DNA from: an uncultured Verrucomicrobiae bacterium
GTDB taxonomy: Bacteria; Verrucomicrobiota; Verrucomicrobiia; Chthoniobacterales; JAFAMB01
Length of the DNA stretch: 64,000 nucleotides
NCBI GenBank assembly: GCA_963837955.1
Contig: CAWIPH010000002.1
Coordinates: forward strand, 704,001-768,000
Direction of reading: 5' to 3'
Positions 58,882 to 64,000 of this stretch are shown here, in pieces. The notes beneath the pieces were generated by a model. The model made no database searches and had not been told where the DNA came from. It worked only from the letters and a program-made list of their open reading frames with translations. Position 1 is the stretch's first letter. Every line of letters starts with the position of its first letter. Position numbers and translations under genes: made by a program.

Positions 58882-58912
58882 TGGAGTGATGGAGTAATGG
58901 AGTAATGGAGTA
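58882..58912 (+). repeat. Octamer tandem (TGGAGTAA)x~4
   Basis: tggagtga tggagtaa tggagtaa tggagta. Confidence 0.7.
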
Positions 58913-58958
58913 CGCCTCGGCGTGGCGGATCCGCGCCGGAATTCTAAATCGCGGCAAA

Positions 58959-59881
58959 CTATTCAAATCGGAGCTTCTCCTTTGCCCGCTTTTGGCAAAG
59001 GTCGACCAGCGCCCGCAACAAGGCCGAGGAGTCGTGTCGACGATAAGCGAGGTGGCAGGTGATCTTCGGGACGGGTCGCACCAATCGGTGATACGTGGTT
59101 CCACCAATGCAGAGATGCTTAAGAGATTCGATCAACGTGGCAATCGCTATCCCGCAGGCGACCTGCGAGATGGCGCGCGGTCGCGGCGATACTTCATCAA
59201 TTATTTGGGGACTGAACCCAGCTCGATGGCAGCACCCGATGATCTCGTCATATAACACCGGGTTGGCGGCTCGGGGAAAAAGATCCAGGATTCCTCCCGC
59301 AACATTTCCAATGGTACTTCCGGCCGTCTGGCAAGGGGATGACCGGGCGGAAGGACCAGCCCAACTTCCAGAGAGAGCAAGCGCAGGCTGGTTAGCTCAG
59401 CATGGGTTGGGGGCAAAAGCGTGAAGGCGCAATCGATCTTGTCCTGGAGCAAATCGTCAAAGAATCCCTGAGAAGTGTTCTGGTGGAAACTGAGCCGAAG
59501 ATCCGGTCTTTCCAGCCGAAGGGTTCGCAGCGCCGGAGCCAGCACCTCGGTAGCTATATGGCCAGCTTCACCAATTCGGAGGTGACCAATACCGCCGCGG
59601 GCTGCGGATTTCGTGGCGTCGGTCAACTGCTCGAGATGCGCGAAGAGGGCTGGGAGACGAGCTACCAGTTCTCGTCCTTCCATTGTCAGGCGGAGCTTTC
59701 TCGGTGCGCGGTCAAACAGAGCAATTCCTAGGGCTGCTTCCAGATTCTGGATTTGCCGGCTTAAAGCCGGTTGCGCGACATGCAGGGTCTTGGCGGCGCT
59801 TCGATAGCTGCCAGTTCGGGCAATTTCGGCAAAAGAAACTAACTGTCGCAGATCAAAACTATGATAGCGAAATGATGTCAT
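58959..59881 (-). pseudogene. LysR-family regulator split by a 1-nt frameshift
   Basis: The HTH (AAKTLHVAQPALSRQI) lies in one frame and the C-terminal substrate domain (NPVLYDEII...AGFSP) in another. One extra C at 59273-59276 would restore WIFFPRAANPVLYD. Confidence 0.8.
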
Positions 59882-59934
59882 GTGATCGAATTGTGATATT
59901 CGAATTATATCATTGCTTTGGATAATTTCTTTTC

Positions 59935-60693
59935 GTGCAAGCAAAAGAAATTCGTAACAGCGAAAACAGCAAAACAAACCTGAGAGGCCAGCGCGTTATC
60001 ATCATCGGTGGTACATCCGGACTAGGTTTCGCTACGGCCGAGGCAGCGGCCCAGGAGGGCGCTGCTGTAGTTGTCGCGTCAAGTAGTAGAGCCAAAGTGG
60101 ATAGCGCCATTGCGCGGCTTCCGGATGGATCGGAGGGTCACGTGCTCGACCTTTCCAATGAGGAGGAAGTACGGGCCTTCTTTGATCGCATCGGCGAATT
60201 TGATCACCTGGTGTTCACTGCCGGAGAGGCGTTGCGGCTTGGGATGCTCAATGACACCAGTCTGGAACAAGCGAAACAATTTTTTAACATCCGCTTCTGG
60301 GGCGCATTCATCGCTGCGAAATATGGCAGCTGTAAAATAAGGTCCGGCGGATCGATCATCCTCACTAACGGCATCGCGGGACTGCGTCCGGCCAAAGGGT
60401 GGACAGTTGCGGCGAGCATCACCGGTGCGGTCGAATCATTAACTCGAGCGTTGGCAATCGAACTGGCGCCCATCCGCGTCAATTTAGTCTGCGCTGGTTT
60501 TGTGAAGACTGAATTGTGGAACGGTATGCCAGAGGCGGAACGGAACGAAATGTTCGATCAAGCCGCCCAGAAGTTGCCGGCTGGCCGGGTGGGAGAGGCG
60601 GCTGACTTAGCCGAGGCGTATCTCTATCTGATGCGTGAAAGATTTAGCACCGGAGCAGTCATCGTGGTGGATGGCGGTGGCGTCTTAGCCTAG
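59935..60693 (+). CDS. Short-chain dehydrogenase/reductase (atypical)
   Basis: GGTSGLG, IRVN and VDGG; no canonical YxxxK. Confidence 0.88.
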   Translation: MQAKEIRNSENSKTNLRGQRVIIIGGTSGLGFATAEAAAQEGAAVVVASSSRAKVDSAIARLPDGSEGHVLDLSNEEEVRAFFDRIGEFDHLVFTAGEALRLGMLNDTSLEQAKQFFNIRFWGAFIAAKYGSCKIRSGGSIILTNGIAGLRPAKGWTVAASITGAVESLTRALAIELAPIRVNLVCAGFVKTELWNGMPEAERNEMFDQAAQKLPAGRVGEAADLAEAYLYLMRERFSTGAVIVVDGGGVLA

Positions 60694-61184
60694 TTCGTCA
60701 CAGCTTTGCGGGTCTCGAGTCTCCTCGAGCGGGCGAGTGGCTCTGAGTCCCCCATACTCGAACTCGTCGTCGTCCTCGAAATCGCGTTAACGCAGGCCTT
60801 GCGCTGCCGGTCAAACGCCATTTGGGATCTTAGTTTCCCACCGTCGTTCGTCGAGGACGAGTACATACGAGTGCGATCCTTTGGTTTCTTGCTGCAACAA
60901 GAACCGGTAGACGTTCTCGGGCACTCGCTAGTCGCTGATTGGTCCTTTTCTGTTCCCGTTCGGGCGATCAGGTTTCGCCCCATCGAATCGCGTTCTCGAC
61001 GACGCGTTTCACGAATCCTTCGTCGAGCGCTTCCCGAGAGAACCTGCGACGATAAAAGAGAGGTCCGAGGATCAAAGCGACGAGTCTCGGTAGGGCGCCG
61101 GCTGCGCGACTCCGCACAAATCATAAACCTAAAAAATCTGCGTCTAGTGGGTGAAGCTTACACCCACAAGAACTACCGTTTCAT

Positions 61185-61904
61185 ATGAAAACGTTGGAAG
61201 TAGCGGTCGTCGCAGGTGTCGGTCCAGGACTGGGAGCATCGTTAGCACGTAAATTTGCTAAAGAAGGTTGCCGGCTCGCATTGCTGGCCAGGTCACCCGA
61301 TTTTCTGGAGACTTTGGCCGACGAGCTTCGAAGGCGTGGGACGGAAGCCCTCGCAATTCCAACCGACCTCAATGAGGCTGATCAAATCGCTGGAGCGTTC
61401 CAACGCATCCGCAAGCAACTCGGCCCGGTTGATCTTCTGGTCAATAATGCCAGTGCGGGTGGCCCTTTTGGGCAGCCTTTCGTCGAGATCGCTCCGGAAA
61501 GCTTTATCCGCGGTTGGCAGGTCGGCGTTTTAGGCGCCTTCCTCTGTTCGCAAGCGGTTGTTCCAGACATGCTCAAAAAGGGCGCTGGTTGCATCCTCTT
61601 CACCGGCGCGACTTCATCGGTTCGGGGAGCTGCCATCACTTTCAGCAGCGCAAAATTTGCGTTGCGCGGTCTCGCTCAGGCTTTGGCGAGGGAGCTGTGG
61701 CCTAAGGGTATACATGTCGCGCATATTGTTATCGATGGTGGGATCCAGGATAGCGAACCTGGAACGGAGGAAGCCCTGGACGCGGAACCGCTCATGAATC
61801 CGGCGGCCATCGCAGAAACCTATTGGAGTGTGGCTAAACAGGACCGCTCCGCCTGGACTCTCGAGCTCGATCTTCGCCCGCATCGCGAGAAATTCTTCGA
61901 GTGA
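61185..61904 (+). CDS. Short-chain dehydrogenase/reductase
   Basis: GVGPGLG, NNAS, FTGATSS, F..AKFALR, HVAHIVIDG and WTLELDLRP. Confidence 0.88.
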   Translation: MKTLEVAVVAGVGPGLGASLARKFAKEGCRLALLARSPDFLETLADELRRRGTEALAIPTDLNEADQIAGAFQRIRKQLGPVDLLVNNASAGGPFGQPFVEIAPESFIRGWQVGVLGAFLCSQAVVPDMLKKGAGCILFTGATSSVRGAAITFSSAKFALRGLAQALARELWPKGIHVAHIVIDGGIQDSEPGTEEALDAEPLMNPAAIAETYWSVAKQDRSAWTLELDLRPHREKFFE

Positions 61905-62004
61905 GCAGACCAAGAGGACCGTTGTTTCTGGATTATCACAGCCAATAAATGTGTGTTGTATAGGCGCGACCCCTCTTTCTGACCTCCACTACCGGCTTTT
62001 TCCA

Positions 62005-62562
62005 TTAGACCCTTAGCGAGCCGCGGAACCCCCTAGCCGCGTAGTAAGATTCTGCACCGTTGTGATATACGAAGACGGTGTTGTAGCGACGATCACAAAA
62101 AAGGGCTCCGCCGAGTTTTCTAATATCAGCAGGTGTTTTCACCCAGCTCGATGTTTTCGAATCGAAATTTCCAAGTTTCTGCAATTCTCGATATTGTTCT
62201 TCCGTTAAAAGCTCAATGCCAATGGAGGCAGCCATATCAACAGCGTTATTTTCCGGTTTATGTTCTTTCCTTGAATCCAGCGCTTCGCGGTCATAACAAA
62301 AACTTCTGCGGCCTTGAGGGCTTTCCGGCGAACAATCATAAAAAATGTATTCGCCCGTCTTTTTATCATGGCCAACAACATCCGGTTCACCACCGGTTCC
62401 TTCCATTTCATTCAGCGACCACAGCTTTTCAGTATTCGCTTCGAGCTTTGCTTGTACTTTTGCCCATTCGAGACCTTTGTGGCGGTTCATATTTTTCTCA
62501 AAGCGGGCCTTCCATGCTTTGAGAAGTTCTTCACGTTGTTCTGGTGAGAATTCCTTTTTCAT
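62005..62562 (-). CDS. DUF4256 family protein
   Basis: RFEKNMNRH, TGGEPD, CYD, GGALFCDRRY and YHNGAESYYAARGFRG; lower GC than its neighbours. Confidence 0.85.
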   Translation of the reverse strand: MKKEFSPEQREELLKAWKARFEKNMNRHKGLEWAKVQAKLEANTEKLWSLNEMEGTGGEPDVVGHDKKTGEYIFYDCSPESPQGRRSFCYDREALDSRKEHKPENNAVDMAASIGIELLTEEQYRELQKLGNFDSKTSSWVKTPADIRKLGGALFCDRRYNTVFVYHNGAESYYAARGFRGSLRV

Positions 62563-62636
62563 TTTTATGCGTCTATTTGCCTGAGACAGGTCGAGATTTC
62601 GAACGTGTGATTCGCGTCACGACGGGTATTCGCTGA

Positions 62637-62942
62637 TCAGGCGGGGGCGACAGGCGGTGCGAACTGACCACCACCGAATGATCCGCTCGTACGATCGGTC
62701 TCCAAAAAGAACACCATGATGTCGTTTGGGTCGACACTTGTTTCGCCAAGCTTTTCAACTAGGGCGGCCACAAGACCTCTTTTCCTATCGGTGTCAGTCC
62801 CTGAAGATACCAGCACTTCAATCATCAACATCTGGTCGGTGCGGGGCTTGGGCAGGGCAGGGTAGTATGAGTCGACTCTGAGGTCGCTTGGGTCCAGCGA
62901 AAGGAAGCGTTGGAAAAGGTCGTCTTCTGGGTATCCAGCCGA
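62637..62942 (-). pseudogene. 5'-truncated tautomerase-family (MSAD-like) gene
   Basis: The frame reads GYPEDDLFQRF...IEV...KRGL...SFGGG but is bounded upstream by TAG at 62945-62943 with no Met-Pro start. Confidence 0.6.
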
Positions 62943-62967
62943 CTACGTCGTTGAATCGAAAGGGGGA

Positions 62968-64000
62968 TCACGACGTCTTGGAACCAGCGCTTTCTTGCTT
63001 AATTTGCTCCAGCTCTTCCCAGCGACCATACAACTCCACTACTCGTTCCCTGGCAGTTTTTAGTTCTGCTTCCAACGCCGCATAGTTCTTGCCGTGCTTT
63101 TGATAAAACTCTGGATCCGCAAACGTCTTTTCCAGGTTTGTTACTTTGTCCTCGGCCTCTAGGATGACCGCTTCGATACTCTCCAGCTCGCGTTCCTCTT
63201 TCCACTTCAGTTTCCGTGACCGGTTGGCTATCGGAGGGGCTGGCCTAACACTAGCCGTTGATCCGGCTGGCTTCAGTTGGATGGCTGCCTGTTCTTCAGC
63301 ACGTTTTTCTAGGTAGTAATCGTAGTTACCGACCGCGTATCGCACCACCGCTTCGCCTTCGAACGCCAGAATCGCGGTCGCCATCCGGTTCAGAAAATAG
63401 CGGTCGTGACTGACTACAATGATAGTCCCGGGAAAATCGATGAATGCTTCTTCTAGTAAACGCAGCGTACCCAGATCGAGGTCGTTAGTCGGTTCATCGA
63501 GAATCAACACGTTGCCGCCCTGCTTCAGCGTTTTCGCCAGGACCACGCGATTTCGTTCTCCACCGCTGAGGAGTTCTATCTTGGTGTTAATGCGGTCTTC
63601 AGTGAAAAGGAATCGACGGAGATACGATCGCAGCGAAAGAGTCTCTTCACCGAGCCGGATATACTCATATCCTTCGCCGACCTCCTGCCAAACCGTTTTC
63701 TGATCATCTAGCAACGCCCGGTTTTGATCGACATAGTTAATTTGTACCCGCGCGCCGAGCACGACCTCGCCCTTGGTCGGTTGTAACTGACCAAGAATCA
63801 CCTTAAGCAGACTGGACTTACCTAGACCGTTAGCGCCAATCACTCCCAGCTTTTCGCCGGGTCTAAGATCCAGGTTGAGATTATCGATCAATTTTCGTCC
63901 GGCGATTTCTAAAGTGATCTCTTTCAATTCGATAACGCGTTCGCCCAGTTTCGGGGGTGGGGGAATAATCAATTCCGCTTCTGACTCAGGAGCCGGCTCC
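62968..64000 (-). CDS. ABC-F family ATPase (Uup-like), 3' part; 5' end lies outside the window
   Basis: GANGLGKS, LSGGERNR, LDEPTNDLD, VSHDRYF and a C-terminal coiled coil (KLKWKEERE...RWEELE). Confidence 0.9.
   Translation of the reverse strand, partial: EPAPESEAELIIPPPPKLGERVIELKEITLEIAGRKLIDNLNLDLRPGEKLGVIGANGLGKSSLLKVILGQLQPTKGEVVLGARVQINYVDQNRALLDDQKTVWQEVGEGYEYIRLGEETLSLRSYLRRFLFTEDRINTKIELLSGGERNRVVLAKTLKQGGNVLILDEPTNDLDLGTLRLLEEAFIDFPGTIIVVSHDRYFLNRMATAILAFEGEAVVRYAVGNYDYYLEKRAEEQAAIQLKPAGSTASVRPAPPIANRSRKLKWKEERELESIEAVILEAEDKVTNLEKTFADPEFYQKHGKNYAALEAELKTARERVVELYGRWEELEQIKQESAGSKTS

Noticed and set aside
60706..61188. 160-aa plus-strand ORF and 144-aa minus-strand ORF
   Set aside because: Arg/Ser-rich with no recognisable motifs, and they contain CTCGTCGTCGTCCTCG-type repeat sequence; probably non-coding.

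Overview
A bacterial chromosomal window of about 55% GC. The ribBA-ribH-nusB-ftsY order, the stand-alone 89-aa rpsN and the repeat style suggest Verrucomicrobiota (Chthoniobacterales-like); this is inference only. The left half holds a cell-envelope operon (Lnb/DUF4105-like acyltransferase, Lnt-like protein lacking its catalytic motifs, deacetylase, PHP-glycosyltransferase fusion), rpsN, a CNNM/CorC transporter, riboflavin/nusB/ftsY genes, fcl and an atypical cytidylate kinase. It also holds a beta-oxidation cluster (fadL, fadD, thiolase, FadJ-like enzyme, acyl-CoA oxidase) and pstSCA with a Pho box. From about 29 to 59 kb is a ~30-kb purine and purine-nucleoside scavenging and catabolism island. 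It encodes a TonB receptor, ABC and NCS2 uptake, several signal-peptide nucleoside enzymes (ADA2-like deaminase, NUP-family and MTAN-like proteins), guanine and adenine deaminases, a fused XdhAB, uricase, UraH/UraD, allantoinase and the plant-like urea-free ureide trio (AAH, UGlyAH, UAH). Repeated sigma54-like -24/-12 motifs precede many of these genes, several in nearly leaderless position. The right end has a frameshifted LysR, two SDRs, DUF4256, a 5'-truncated tautomerase and a partial ABC-F gene. Intergenic regions carry many REP-like palindromes and short tandem repeats. No rRNA, tRNA, CRISPR array or transposase was found. All family calls come from motif recognition by eye; no database search was run.
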